Assembly (NCBI GenBank): GCA_040954595.2
Contig: CM082598.2
Coordinates: 10,183,097-10,247,096, forward strand
Source of the DNA: Balanoglossus misakiensis
Lineage: Eukaryota > Animalia > Hemichordata
Direction of reading: 5' to 3'
DNA: 64,000 bases
Each line of letters begins with the position of its first letter. Position 1 is the first letter of the stretch. Below are positions 1 to 13,985 of the stretch, piece by piece. The position numbers and the translations under genes are program-made. A model generated the notes under the pieces. That model did not search any database, was not told the DNA's origin, and was given only the letters and a program-made list of their open reading frames with translations.

Positions 1-699
1 TAGGACTAACAGCACATCGCTCACTGTGTTAAACGGCACAAAAGTTACAATTTCTGTCAAACTCTGCACCTATTGTAGTTTCCCCCCAAAAAATTCACGA
101 AAATGGCAAGCTAGACTTCAGTGTTATATCGAAATTCTACATTAAATTAAGCACTAAGCCTCATATATTGGCAACTCATTCTCCACATGAGGCATTTTCA
201 GATCTTTACACGATTTTCTGTGTACAAAGATCAACCTGAAGAAGTATGATACAATTTCTCACCTAGTTGAGTCTGTCCTTGGTTTGAGTAACCAATCGAT
301 ACATTTATGCAAAGTCTGCCAATTACTCTGGTGGCTCAACAGTGCCAGCAAATAAGCACTGCACGAACTTTGAACTTTGCCCTCTGTTCTGGGTTTGTGC
401 GTCTTGACAAAGAGTAACTGGTGTTGCAGTTGAGGGCAACTTTGCACAATCTCGGGGTCCAGGAGCTCCAGCCAATCAATAAGCAGCCCAGCCGTTGACC
501 AGCCTAATTCGCATCTGTGACAATGTGTAATTAAAGAGAAATATACAGTCAGTGGAGTAAAGGGTATAACACAATCATACTGATGGAATTCTCACTACCT
601 GAAATAGGTTTTTGCTACCTAGGTGAGTGATGAATAAAGGTCTAATGTCCTCTCTGATACTAGTGTATGGTAAATGTCTTTCAGAGATCTACACATTAA

Positions 700-888
700 A
701 GGGACAAACTCTCTACAGTTAATTCATTTTGGGGAGATTTTTACTCTCATATCCTACAAACGGGATGGAAGTTGTGTGTGGTCGAACATTGATTCACTAT
801 ATATCCACATGTAGAATAACATAAATGGTGTCTTGTATCAAACATAATGTATGGAAAAAGGGCAGCGAGAGAGAGAGACTTTGTCCCT
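700..888. mobile_element. ~190 bp TTAA MITE (duplicate at 7000-7179)
   Basis: TTAA-AGGGACAAACTCTCT ... AGAGACTTTGTCCCT-TTAA. Confidence 0.8.
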
Positions 889-2465
889 TTAAATATCATA
901 GCTGGCATACAGTTATAAATATGCATTTTTTGATTTATGTCTTGCAAGTACAAAACTGTTCTTTATTAAAAAGAAATACAGACAAGGTGATCCCAGGAAC
1001 ATAAAACCCAAAACTCAAAGCTACCAGACAGATGAGTCTTGAGATAAACTTGGACTTACTTGTCAATCAATCTGGACTGCTCTTGTAACAACAACTCACT
1101 CATAGTACCTCATCAGCCTCATGGCATTTTGTCTGCACAGTCTTTGTCTGCACCATGTTGCTGAAGTTGCCTGTCATCTGGAAAATTGAATGCCAACGTA
1201 TTTGCGCTTGAGCGCGTCTGGCGTCTTTTGATATCAAAGAATAAATGCATTGTACAAACTTGAAACTATGTAGAATTTTTCTATTTATCCTGTGTGATAT
1301 AGTGAAAACGCTCAAGTTACAGTTTGTGTATGGTTTTGAGAATTATTTCACTGCTTGAGGTAAGTGAAATAAACAGCTCACCTTGTTGTCTGTTGACTTT
1401 TTCATACTGGTTGAGAAGTTTTGTAAACACACTGTTTTCAGACTTTGATGAACTCAAAATTGCAGACACTAGCTGGACAAATCTCATCATATCTTCCTTC
1501 TTTTCAAGATGTTTCTAAATGATATAAAGGAGTGAGAGTGAGAATTGTGCATGATTATGTCAGTTTTGAACTTTCATGTCTGTTTTGGACTGAGAGCTGT
1601 TGAATGAGAGAGAGAGAGGGAGAGAGAGATCGCGCTCGAACAATCAGGGGGTCACGCAGACGTAATCTTTTCATTGGCGTGATACTGATATCACCACGTA
1701 ACTTGCAATTCCCAAGAGTGCGACTGTACGTACGTAAACTGTATCAAATTCAACTCATTCACGTTATATGAGAGGAGGTATACCGTGCGAATGCGAGCGC
1801 TGGGGGAACCGGGTACCGCCTACTTGAAATGGACCTCTTCCCTTAGTGAAGTCAAATAATCATAATTATCTATCATGTAAGAAGTCAAAAATGTAAGAGA
1901 ATGTTTTAATAAATATGTCAACTTATTATTTAAATTCCCCTGTATATATTCCCCTGTAAATGTCTCATAATTTGAGGAATAATATTTTGGAAGCTGAACG
2001 GAAGTTGCAACTCAAATCAAATTTCAACTTCTCCAATATATGGAATAACACTATAAGCCTACTGACTTGAGAAACTCAAATTGAATTTCAAATTCTCGAA
2101 CAAACGAAAATATGTTTGAATGTAAGTAATCTTACTATAAAATTGACATGCAATTACCTGTCGTTGGTGAAGCAAACTGAACAATGGACATGACAAATGA
2201 TGTTTTCTGTGTAGATTATAAATAAACTGACTCTCATCACTTGATGTTAGGATTTCTTGCATTGCCAGAATGATGTGATCACCAGAATTCTCTGATGAAT
2301 CAAACAATTTCAGCCTGGAGATTTCCCTGGACAGTGTCTGTGTGAGAAATGATGGCAAAATATTAATATCATTTATTAGGAAACCTGGCCAGTCACTGAG
2401 AAATCTGTCGGCCTTTACAAAGTATAGTTCATAATCTTCTCATAAAATGATAAAGTTGCCGCAAA

Positions 2466-2649
2466 GGTATACAGTCACCTATAATTTACATACGCCCATA
2501 TATGGCTGAAATGGCGTATTTGAGCGTTCTAAAGGACATATGGCGGCGCTCTTTTTTTCGCGTGTGCCACCCACTGAAAATCTGTGATTGGCTAGATCTC
2601 AAGTTTACCATGGTAACTGTAGTTAAATTACCATAGGTGACAATATACC
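2466..2649. mobile_element. ~185 bp MITE (duplicate at ~11249-11432)
   Basis: TIRs GGTATACAGTCACCTA / TAGGTGACAATATACC. The right flank is TTAA and the left flank is degenerate. Confidence 0.65.
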
Positions 2650-3976
2650 TTAACATATCATATTTCTTCTGGGAAGTGTAATTGTTTTAAGATCAAATAT
2701 TACATGTACATACCAATTGTATGCCTCTCAGATATTGTCTTTCCGTTGATGCACTCACTTTGTGCTCACCAATACTGAATAGCTGTAAATATAATCAAAG
2801 GAGAAGAAATCACTCACTCATTAGCAATGATACTGCAAAAGTGGAAGTGACTGATTTTGAGTCTGAAGTTGGAAAAGAGTCCCAGTACAGTGTAGAGAGG
2901 TTTCCAGATTAGGTAGATTTTGCTGTCCAACCATTTTCACACAACGGCCATAAAACTTAAAGAAGAACTATTAAATTACCCAGCCTGATAAGTTTTGTGG
3001 TGTTTGGAAAGTCGTCCATGTCTGAAGACACAAGATCAGCTTTTGATTGTAACATGAGACATGATCAGTTGTGTTTTGGTTCAAAAGAACATGACCTGGT
3101 TTAAGAAGCCTTGCAACTTCAGGTGACTACAGAAGGAGCTATACTGTGCCCATTGGCCTTGATTTGACTGAGAAACCATGATTTACTGAAAAGCCACTTG
3201 GAAAAGGGTCCACTTTATTTCTAAACCAAACTTACCTTCAGGAAGATCATCTTGGCTGACTCTTGACTATCTACAGTGACTTTTCTTGCATCCATCTTGG
3301 CTGCAACATCTTTCTTTTCATCCACCTGCATTGCCTCACTTTTCTCCTCTTTCTTTTCCTCATCTGCAAATAAAAATTGTGTTATGTCCAGGAAATATTA
3401 TTTACTTTCTGAGAAGAAACTGGAATATCTAGCTTTGCAAATCAGTTAGTGAAATAAGAGAACGCAAACAATTAATTGTCATGAAATAGTCACCTCTGTT
3501 AATATCGCGAAAAATTTCCCATCACAAAAATTACCAAGATTACAGTAACCTAACAATATAAAATCCTAATAATGTCCAAAGTTGAAGAATTCTATATGTA
3601 TGACTTAACTTTTGAGACACTATTTCACAACACAAATACTAGTACCTTTGTTCTCTTTATCCAGGAATGAATTTTTTTCCACCTTCTGCTCCTCTCATCT
3701 GTTGAACTTCCACTAACTGAGCCATGTATCCTTTGTCAACCACAGCCTGTTCCATACTGTACAGATCTTGTCTGCAGGCCATGTCGAGATGCTGCAGTAG
3801 TTTGCTGTGAAAAGAAACAGAAGTGTTACATGTGTATGTGTGTTACAGGGCCAGATCACGGCACATCATGACAAAATCTTTGTGAATATGGTGCTAGCAT
3901 CATGTTTATAGCAGATCATGTGTATTCATACTTGTGGGCCAAATGACCTTAATATGTGGTTTGTTGTATGACTTAA

Positions 3977-4709
3977 GGTGGCATTGCATGAAAAGTTGTG
4001 ATTTTTGCCAAATTTTACTTTTTTACATAAATCGGTAGGCCTAATACTGACCCACAACCTGACTAATACGTCTTGGCGGAAATGGTGCATAATCACCCCA
4101 AAATAGCACTTTTCTGAATGAGTTCACAGCTTAACAAATAGGTGTCAACAATGCAAATAGCCGTTTTTCTCAGTTTGCATTTTCGCTGCTCTTGACAACT
4201 TCGGACTAAAATAGCTTCGCCCTGCGTTGGCCGAATTTGCTCAAATTTTGACAGGGAATTGTGTATGACCCATCCAACAAAACGCTAGTTTTGTTTGTCG
4301 ATAAAGTGTCCCTGGCGGGAATAAACTCTGATTCAATACAACTCACCGTGAATTTGATCAAATTTTCTGAAAATCTAACTTTTAAACGCTGTTACTCCTC
4401 AATGGAAGCAGATAACGCAAAACAAAATTAGCGTTTTTTTGCACGTGTACTCTAGTTTTGAATGACATATTAAGATGCAAGATGCATGGTCAACTTTTTT
4501 ACCTATTTTAAATTTCATGACATAATATCAAAAAATGGTTTTTTTCACCCATAATCGCCACCATTTCCGGGGATCAATAATATTTGCAACTCAAACAAAA
4601 GTTCAAAATCTCAGCTTCCAGAATATATATGGTTTATGGGGGTTTTAACTTTTTCTTTGATGAGAAATAGGCCTCTGAAAAAGTCTCGACGGTTGCATGC
4701 AGTGCCACC
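3977..4709. mobile_element. 733 bp TTAA-targeting MITE (Kolobok-like)
   Basis: TTAA-GGTGGCATTGCATG ... CATGCAGTGCCACC-TTAA. Confidence 0.85.
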
Positions 4710-7700
4710 TTAATTATAACACACACACCCAGTTTTTTTAATAGTCCTGCTTGAAAGATCACAGAGTGTCTTTGGCTACTGAAAAGCACCACCACAATGA
4801 GAGATAACTCACAACACCGAAGAGTAAATCTCTAAAGTTGTAATTTAAACCAAGTATGGAAATTGGGATGTACGGTAGCTTTGATGAGGAATAATTCTAG
4901 AGTTACAACATACCTCATGCTGTTGACTGGTATACCAAAGGACTGCACAAACAAGACCAACTGAGCTGGTTCCAAGTCTTCCAGGGCTGAAAAAAATGAC
5001 AAATTCAGGATGAAAACAACAAAAGTTTGGTGAGAAAAGATCCCAAGTTGAATTGACACACAGATTGGCAGATATTTTCCACGAAATATCACATGTAAAT
5101 GGTGCAACAACAGATTAACCGATCAGGCCATGACAAATACTGCACCTCTTCACAAAAACTGCTGGGTTGCAATTTATAGCATAAAATTACTGTAAAACAG
5201 GAAATTTTTGTGATATCACAAGAGAGCTGACTATTCCATTGCTCACATTGTTTCTTTGCGACCATTTATTTTCACGTTTTTTGGCTCTCACGAAATTCGC
5301 AAAAATTTCCCCTTTTACAATAGTATGGTTGGATCTATACAATGTATACATTGAATGGGGATGAACACTGGACAGTGGAGCATTCTATATTAAAATTTGG
5401 GAAAACATTGAAGCCATATTAAGGTCATACTTGATTAAGCTGAAAGTCGGCACAGAATCAATTTGAAATTCAATTGGCTACAAAAATTGACTTTTCTGCC
5501 ATTCTGAGATCTCCATGCTGAGCTCAATTATGTTGCTGCTTCATATAGTGGTCAGCAATAAAAACTTACTACTGTTACAGTGGTTATACATGTAACTCTT
5601 ATTAAATGTTTTTTTTTTCTTGTTTTATCATGAAATCTGACAATATCACGAAATCTGACTGTGGGTGGCACGACAGAATAAAACTGGTTTTCGTCTCAAC
5701 TTTTGTACATGTAGTGACACAATGAAAGAATGACAGAGAAACTGCTAACAGACAGATTATTATATATTTTTTTACCTTTTCATGTCACTTTTATAAAACA
5801 CTGCATGGCAACAAATGTGAACCATGAACAATTTGCAAGACAATGAACTAGAAGTTGAACGAGATTTGAAGACCTGCTCTGGAAGTAATTGATTGACACT
5901 TACCCATGAGTAAGATTCCGCATGGGGCTGTGTGGCTTTCTTCAAGTAATTGTAGAATATATGTAACATGGATGTCAGTGTACATAGTGTTGGTCTGGTC
6001 GGCACTGGTGTCTCTACACAGCATGGAGCTGAGTATGGTGGGCCTTTCTACAATCAACTGAGCTAAATCCTAGAATCAGAAAGGCAGCAGTGAAGTAAAA
6101 TCAAATATGTTTGTCAGAACAACAACAACAATAACAACACACATAATCATATTCAAATAAAAATCACTTGGTTCATGCTTAGAACTTTCTATAAACTTAC
6201 TCTTTTTTTTTTGCACATACTCCAATGAAAATACTGTTTGATATATAGATCACAGACTTTTGCATTTTCAACTGTTTTTGTTCTAATACTATTTGTGTGT
6301 AGCCCTCACCCAGAACCTGTATGTATGATTCACAATCATATGTCTTTATTTGTTTCTACCAGAGGTCTCCACGACTCATACTGGAAATACACAAATCATC
6401 ATCTTACCAATGCAAGGTCGGTGTTATATCGAAATTCTACATTAAATTAAGCACTAAGCCTCATATATTGGCAACTCATTCTCCACATGAGGCATTTTCA
6501 GATCTTTACACGATTTTCTGTGTACAAAGATCAACCTGAAGAAGTATGATACAATTTCTCACCTAGTTGAGTCTGTCCTTGGTTTGAGTAACCAATCGAT
6601 ACATTTATGCAAAGTCTGCCAATTACTCTGGTGGCTCAACAGTGCCAGCAAATAAGCACTGCACGAACTTTGAACTTTGCCCTCTGTTCTGGGTTTGTGC
6701 GTCTTGACAAAGAGTAACTGGTGTTGCAGTTGAGGGCAACTTTGCACAATCTCGGGGTCCAGGAGCTCCAGCCAATCAATAAGCAGCCCTGCCGTTGACC
6801 AGCCTAATTCGCATCTGTGACAATGTGTAATTAAAGAGAAATATACAGTCAGTGGAGTAAAGGGTATAACACAATCATACTGATGGAATTCTCACTACCT
6901 GAAATAGGTTTTTGCTACCTAGGTGAGTGATGAATAAAGGTCTAATGTCCTCTCTGATACTAGTGTATGGTAAATGTCTTTCAGAGATCTACACATTAAA
7001 GGGACAAACTCTCTACAGTTAATTCATTTTGGGGAGATTTTTACTCTCATATCCTACAAACGGGATGGAAGTTGTGTGTGGTCGAACATTGATTCACTAT
7101 ATATCCACATGTAGAATAACATAAATGGTGTCAAACATAATGTATGGAAAAAGGGCAGCGAGAGAGAGACTTTGTCCCTTTAAATATCATAGCTGGCATA
7201 CAGTTATAAATATGCATTTTTTGATTTATGTCTTGCAAGTACAAAACTGTTCTTTATTAAAAAGAAATACAGACAAGGTGATCCCAGGAACATAAAACCC
7301 AAAACTCAAAGCTACCAGACAGATGAGTCTTGAGATAAACTTGGACTTACTTGTCAATCAATCTGGACTGCTCTTGTAACAACAACTCACTCAATGCTTC
7401 ACTGGTGCTGGATGATTTTGTTGGCACTTGCATAGCAACAGATAAGGCTTTATTCAGAAACTCTTCTAGTTGGCTGGAATTGGCGCCTGTCAGCTGGTGA
7501 TACACTGCATATGGTGCAAAGTCAAACAAAATTCACCCAATCATAAAATGTATCATTAACATGATCATACCATAAAAAATGTGAATGAATTACAATTATA
7601 GCGTGCGCATATTGAATCATACGAAATCACACCAAATAACGCGAGACTTAGAAATAACATTACATGTGTATGGTGCCACTTAAACGACACCATTTATTCT

Positions 7701-8333
7701 TTTTGAGCCTAAATCATGTTTAACCACAACTAGACAACCACAATGACCTTGTGAGAATGAAACCCACCAATAAATACATGTAGATAATCTGAAGCTATCA
7801 CAGAAACAGAATGTCTTTGACAAAGTATTGCAAAGCCTTCAGTTGACCGCGAAAAAGTTGACGAAGCATGCATGTGGAAAGTGGAGTGTTGACAACAATG
7901 TGAATATATGCACGATAGCTTGCTGCGCTCGCACTCAGGTCAAACCTGTTACATATTACCAAAAATGTGGATCTATATAATTAACATTGGGTCCGTTCCT
8001 TCTTATCCCACTCGTGTTTCTGTTTGTTTGGTGAGAATATCTAATAGGTTAGCCCCTTTCACTCCCAGTTCCTTCTTTAGAGGTCCAACCTTACCATAGA
8101 AAACGATGGGTTTGGACTGGAACATGGCAGTGAAAGGGTTCAGGTGCTTGAGGGAGTGTTAAAAATGCAGACTTTACCTTTCTATAACATGTCTCTATCT
8201 ACAGCCATCCGTCCCTCAGTGACGGCTTCAATGATTTCACTCACTTCATCCAAGTTGCCACCACTGGCTTTGATGGGACTTTTCTCACTGCTCAGGGATT
8301 TCGCTGGAAGGAAGGACGTAAGACTGGAATTAA

Positions 8334-9633
8334 AGAGTTTATTACACCTATCAAAAAATATTTTTCATTGTTTGACTGTAAACTAAAATCGCATTCATGA
8401 TTTGAATTCTGGTGTCGTTTTTTTTTTATTCTCGTCGATGAATAAATGTTATCCTAATAAATGTTCACTCCTTCAAAAAACTCTCTGTCTGAACGGTCCC
8501 GTTACGTGTGACGTCATTGGGGGCTCTCCTTCGCTTTTAGTCTACAATTCATCGCATCGAGAGGCGTACATGTCGTCTACTTGACTTTTATGGCGTCAAC
8601 GGTAAACACGGTCAGTGACGAGGCATTTTGTTGGGAGAGTATAAGATTCAGACAGTAGCGATGGAGAGTTTTGGGCTCTTCGTCGCTGCTTTCAAGGAAA
8701 TTCCTGTCACAGCCGTATAGATTTGAACCAGCAAGGCGTGAGGTGAGGTCTCTCCTCAACCTGTTCGGGCTGGTGGGGAATCCGTCGATGTACCGAGCGA
8801 AGAAATGCCTGCAAGCGCGGGTCGAGATTCGCCAGAGTCTTCTCGAGTGGGAAATATAGATTGGTGAATAAGCATCATTTTCTGTTTGTTTGTTTTTATT
8901 TTACAATAAATATTCAGGGAGTGGTTCAGTGAAACTCAAATATTCTCGTAGCCGATCTGCCTCCCCGATACGGAGGTCTGCGCTCGTCTGATCACCGATA
9001 TATACACTAAGAACCCGGTGCGCGGCACTACGCCATGCCGACATGGTCCGTACTAAAACATCATTGCTGACATCTCAGTTGTGAAAAAAACGTAATGGGA
9101 CGACAAATTTCATACATAAATATCACAGATAAACTCCCTGTTCACAAGCGACCGGTTACCCAAAACTGGCATAACACCGGTACAGTTCCATTCATCATTA
9201 CCTTTACGGTGATGAAGTGACCTTTTGGCCGTTTTGTACGAAGCGCTCCCATTTTTCTCTCAGTCCTTTGCTTTTCGGAAATCTATGTACACTACGTACA
9301 CTACGGATAGTGTTTTTACAGCCCCCGACGACGCATCGTTTGATAATAATGATGGAAACGCGGGACTCTCGCTTTGGGCTAAGCTGTGCAACGATATCAC
9401 TGTTTACATACTGGCAACGACTTCCCCCAATGACGTCATGTCACGTGGTCTATACGCGGCAAATACGAATTGAGATTTTTTCTGAGGGACATGAATTTCG
9501 ACGATTTTATTAATGAATCATTAATTATAGAAAACCACAGCCAAAATATAATGTCTTGATTTGGATAAAATGGTTATTTTACTAAATGAATCTTTTACAC
9601 TCAAATGAAATAAAAATAGGTGTAATAATTCCT
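8334..9633. mobile_element. 1300 bp non-autonomous Kolobok-like DNA transposon
   Basis: TTAA TSD at 8330-8333 and 9634-9637, with TIRs AGAGTTTATTACACCTAT / ATAGGTGTAATAATTCCT. It contains a minus-strand THAP remnant (IKRCVVGGCKN...HRFPKSKGLREKWERFV, ~9206-9344) and a plus-strand QPYRFEP remnant. Confidence 0.88.
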
Positions 9634-12600
9634 TTAAGGCATACGTCCCTACATAAAGGGAGGACATTTGGACATGATACCACAAATGGTTAATGGAGTT
9701 TCTGGGAAGGTTTTCAAATTCCAGGAATTTCCAGGAGTGTACGAATCCAGTTAAGAATTCTTTATGTCATGTGATCTGGCCATGTGACCTGCAGCATTGT
9801 CATTTCCAGGTGACGGCAAACAACATAGTGGCATCCAGTAAAAGTTTTCCACGTATGTAAGTTCTTAAGAACCGCCAGACATGTAACATGTATCAGGTAT
9901 AGTACCTCATCAGCCTCATGGCATTTTGTCTGCACAGTCTTTGTCTGCACCACGTTGCTGAAGTTGCCTGTCATCTGGAAAATTGAATGCCAACGTATTT
10001 GCGCTTGAGCGCGTCTGGCGTCTTTTGATATCAAAGAATAAATGCATTGTACAAACTTGAAAGTATGTAGAATTTTTCTATTTATCCTGTGTGATATAGT
10101 GAAAACGCTCAAGTTACAGTTTGTGTATGGTTTTGAGAATTATTTCACTGCTTGAGGTAAGTGAAATAAACAGCTCACCTTGTTGTCTGTTGACTTTTTC
10201 ATACTGGTTGAGAAGTTTTGTAAACACACTGTTTTCAGACTTTGATGAACTCAAAATTGCAGACACTAGCTGGACAAATCTCATCATATCTTCCTTCTTT
10301 TCAAGATGTTTCTAAATGATATAAAGGAGTGAGAGTGAGAATTGTGCATGATTATGTCAGTTTTGAACTTTCATGTCTGTTTTGGACTGAGAGCTGTTGA
10401 ATGAGAGAGAGAGAGGGAGAGAGAGATCGCGCTCGAACAATCAGGGGGTCACGCAGACGTAATCTTTTCATTGGCGTGATACTGATATCACCACGTAACT
10501 TGCAATTCCCAAGAGTGCGACTGTACGTACGTAAACTGTATCAAATTCAACTCATTCACGTCATATGAGAGGAGGTATACCGTGCGAATGCGAGCGCTGG
10601 GGGAACCGGGTACCGCCTACTTGAAATGGACCTCTTCCCTTAGTGAAGTCAAATAATCATAATTATCTATCATGTAAGAAGTCAAAAATGTAAGAGAATG
10701 TTTTAATAAATATGTCAACTTATTATTTATATTCCCCTGTAAATGTCTCATAATTTGAGGAATAATATTTTGGAAGCTGAACGGAAGTTGCAACTCAAAT
10801 CAAATTTCAACTTCTCCAATATAGGGAATAACACTATAAGCCTACTGACTTGAGAAACTCAAATTGAATTTCAAATTCTCGAACAAACGAAAATATGTTT
10901 GAATGTAAGTAATCTTACTATAAAATTGACATGCAATTACCTGTCGTTGGTGAAGCAAACTGAACAATGGACATGACAAATGATGTTTTCTGTGTAGATT
11001 ATAAATAAACTGACTCTCATCACTTGATGTTAGGATTTCTTGCATTGCCAGAATGATGTGATCACCAGAATTCTCTGATGAATCAAACAATTTCAGCCTG
11101 GACATTTCCCTGGACAGTGTCTGTGTGAGAAATGATGGCAAAATATTAATATCATTTGTTAGGAAACCTGGCCAGTCACTGAGAAATCTGTCGGCCTTTA
11201 CAAAGTATAGTTCATAATCTTCTCATAAAATGATAAAGTTGCCGCAAAGGTATACAGTCACCTACAATTTACATACGCCCATATATGGCTGAAATGGCGT
11301 ATTTGAGCGTTCTAAAGAACATATGGCGGCGCTCTTTTTTTCGCGTGTGCCACCCACTGAAAATCTGTGATTGGCTAGATCTCAAGTTTACCATGGTAAC
11401 TGTAGTTAAATTTCCATAGGTGACAATATACCTTAACATATCATATTTCTTCTGTGAAGTGTAATTGTTTTAAGATCAAATATTACATGTACATACCAAT
11501 TGTATGCCTCTCAGATATTGTCTTTCCGTTGATGCACTCACTTTGTGCTCACCAATACTGAATAGCTGTAAATATAATCAAAGGAAGAAATCACTCACTC
11601 ATTAGCAATGATACTGCAAAAGTGGAAGTGACTGATTTTGAGTCTGAAGTTGGAAAAGAGTCCCAGTACAGTGTAGAGAGGTTTCCAGATTAGGTAGATT
11701 TTGCTGTCCAACCATTTTCACACAACGGCCATAAAACTTATGTTAAGAAGAACTATTAAATTACCCAGCCTGATAAGTTTTGTGGTGTTTGGAAAGTCGT
11801 CCATGTCTGATGACACAAGATCAGCTTTTGATTGTAACATGAGACATGATCAGTTGTGTTTTGGTTCAAAAGAACATGACCTGGTTTAAGAAGCCTTGCA
11901 ACTTCAGGTGACTACAGAAGGAGCTATACTGTGCCCATTGGCCTTGATTTGACTGAGAAACCATGATTTACTGAAAAGCCACTTGGAAAAGGGTCCACTT
12001 TATTTCTAAACCAAACTTACCTTCAGTAAGATCATCTTGGCTGACTCTTGACTATCTACAGTGACTTTTCTTGCATCCATCTTGGCTGCAACATCTTTCT
12101 TTTCATCCATCTGCATTGCCTCACTTTTCTCCTCTTTCTTTTCCTCATCTGCAAATAAAAATTGTGTTATGTCCAGGAAATATTATTTACTTTCTGAGAA
12201 GAAACTGGAATATCTAGCTTTGCAAATCAGTTAGTGAAATAAGAGAACGCAAACAATTAATTGTCATGAAATAGTCACCTCTGTTAATATCGCGAAAAAT
12301 TTCCCATCACAAAAATTACCAAGATTACAGTAACCTCACATTGTTTCTTTGCGACCATTTATTTTCACGTTTTTTGGCTCTCACGAAATTCGCAAAAATT
12401 TCCCCTTTTACAGTTGCACTGCATCAGTGGGCCATTATATTTGACTCTGAGAGGGTGCAATACTGTCAATCTATAAATCTAAATCACAAAGTAACTGACA
12501 CCTTATTGTTATAGCAACCTACCAGCATCCACAAGTCAGGGAACATTGGAGCGGATCATTCTCAGCTTCAACCAATCAGGCAAGAGGAGAGCTTCTTCTG

Positions 12601-13493
12601 ACGTGTCCACCAGAAATGCTGAAGGACGCGGTGAGTTGTCTGGAAACCAGGCACTCAGCAAATAATCAAAGGAACTATCTCCTGCAAAATAAAGAGAGCG
12701 TCAAATTAAAGGTTGACGATTGTCTTATGCGCATGTGCAAGATTTCATGTGCACAAACATGTCCAATCCAAATGTTCTGCAAATTTTATGTTTGACGCAT
12801 TAAAATAGAGCACTGCCTTCGCTTCTTTCCATATTTCACGACCATACAACTCATCCATTTGTAGAAATTCAGTGAATGTTGGAATTTACACAACTTGGTT
12901 TGTTCTGGCTATTATTATTAGTACATGTAGTAAATATCTGTAAACATGGAAACCCATGTACTGGTAATTCAATATGATACATAACAACGATAGTGCACCC
13001 ATAAATTGTTCATTGTGTGACAGCTGGAAGAAAAGTCAACACTGTCAATTCTAATGAAATACAATCAAGTCGCAGCTCAAAGTAGCAGCAACGAACCATT
13101 TAAGGCTTAAAAACCATTTGCATACATACTTGGAGGTTTTCCAAAGGTTAGCAGAATGACCATAGCGTGTACCACTAAGATATGCATGGTGGCCACTTCA
13201 CCACTCTGCCACTGGATGAACACTTGGTCTTCAGTGTCAGACTGTGGGAGAAGATGGCCATTTCACTATCAGTTACACCAAAAATACAACTAATAATATG
13301 TCTGCGACTGGTCATTAGGTATGTTGAACTATAACATTTCACCCGCATATTTTGGTCCAGTCCAATTATTTTCAATAGTATGGTTGGATCTATACAATGT
13401 ATACATTGAATGGGGATGAACACTGGACAGTGGAGCATTCTATATTAAAATTTGGGAAAACATTGAAGCCATATTAAGGTCATACTTGATTAA

Positions 13494-13985
13494 AGGCACG
13501 TAAGCTGTAACTTTTGGGATAATTTTCATAATTTTTGTTTCACACTGCACTACCATTAGTCCATGCAGATGAAGGCAGTGAATTATACACAAGCATTATA
13601 AACCCTAAATATGAGTGCATATGCAAGTTTTAACCAGATAAATAATAAAGCTTTGCCGCAAGCGATTATGGCCGCCACCGTGGGAAAATGAAAGTGTCGC
13701 ATTTCCGGTTGTGAAACTTCATAAACAAAACATGATCTCATCCACTTGAGCTCATGGAAGTAAATGTACACCACTGAGACATCAGATTTTCATTTTTCAT
13801 TGCAATATTGCACTTTTTTAAAAATTTCAGGAATTTTCGTTTTTCTTTAATTTTTGGCCATTTTGTCATAAATAAGTGTTGAGCTTGATATATTATCATG
13901 AAATAGCATTTAATAGATATAATTAAAAGCATATATGAGATTATTTAAAACATTGATTTTTTATCCAGTTGCAGCTTACGTGCCT
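13494..13985. mobile_element. 492 bp TTAA-targeting MITE (Kolobok-like)
   Basis: TTAA-AGGCACGTAAGCTGTAACT ... AGTTGCAGCTTACGTGCCT-TTAA. The paralogous empty site GATTAAGCTG has its TTAA at 5435-5438. Confidence 0.92.

Larger units (their letters stand above)
263..6420 (-). pseudogene. INTS1: INTS1 (Integrator subunit 1) middle-region fragment, tandem copy A
   Basis: GT-AG bounded minus-strand exons: 6408-6420 (truncated), 5904-6069 (DLAQLIVERPTI...ESYSW, frameshifted), 4914-4986 (LEDLEPAQLVLFVQSFGIPVNSM), 3646-3804 (KLLQHLDMACRQDLYSMEQAVVDKGYMAQLVEVQQMRGAEGG), 3236-3363, 2158-2337 (LHRKHHLSCPLFSLLHQRQ), 1382-1514, 263-514 (GLLIDWLELLDPEIVQSCPQLQHQLLF...LLSHQSNWQTLHKCI). These match remembered human INTS1 motifs (LQDLEPQQLLLFVQSFGIPVSSMSKLLQFLDQA; GLLVDWLEMLDPEVVSSCPDLQLRLLF). 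Internal exon deletions and frameshifts are present. Confidence 0.9.

Noticed and set aside
9762-10112. 116 aa minus-strand ORF as an INTS1 exon
   Set aside because: No recognisable INTS1 similarity and no clear splice pair; treated as intron.
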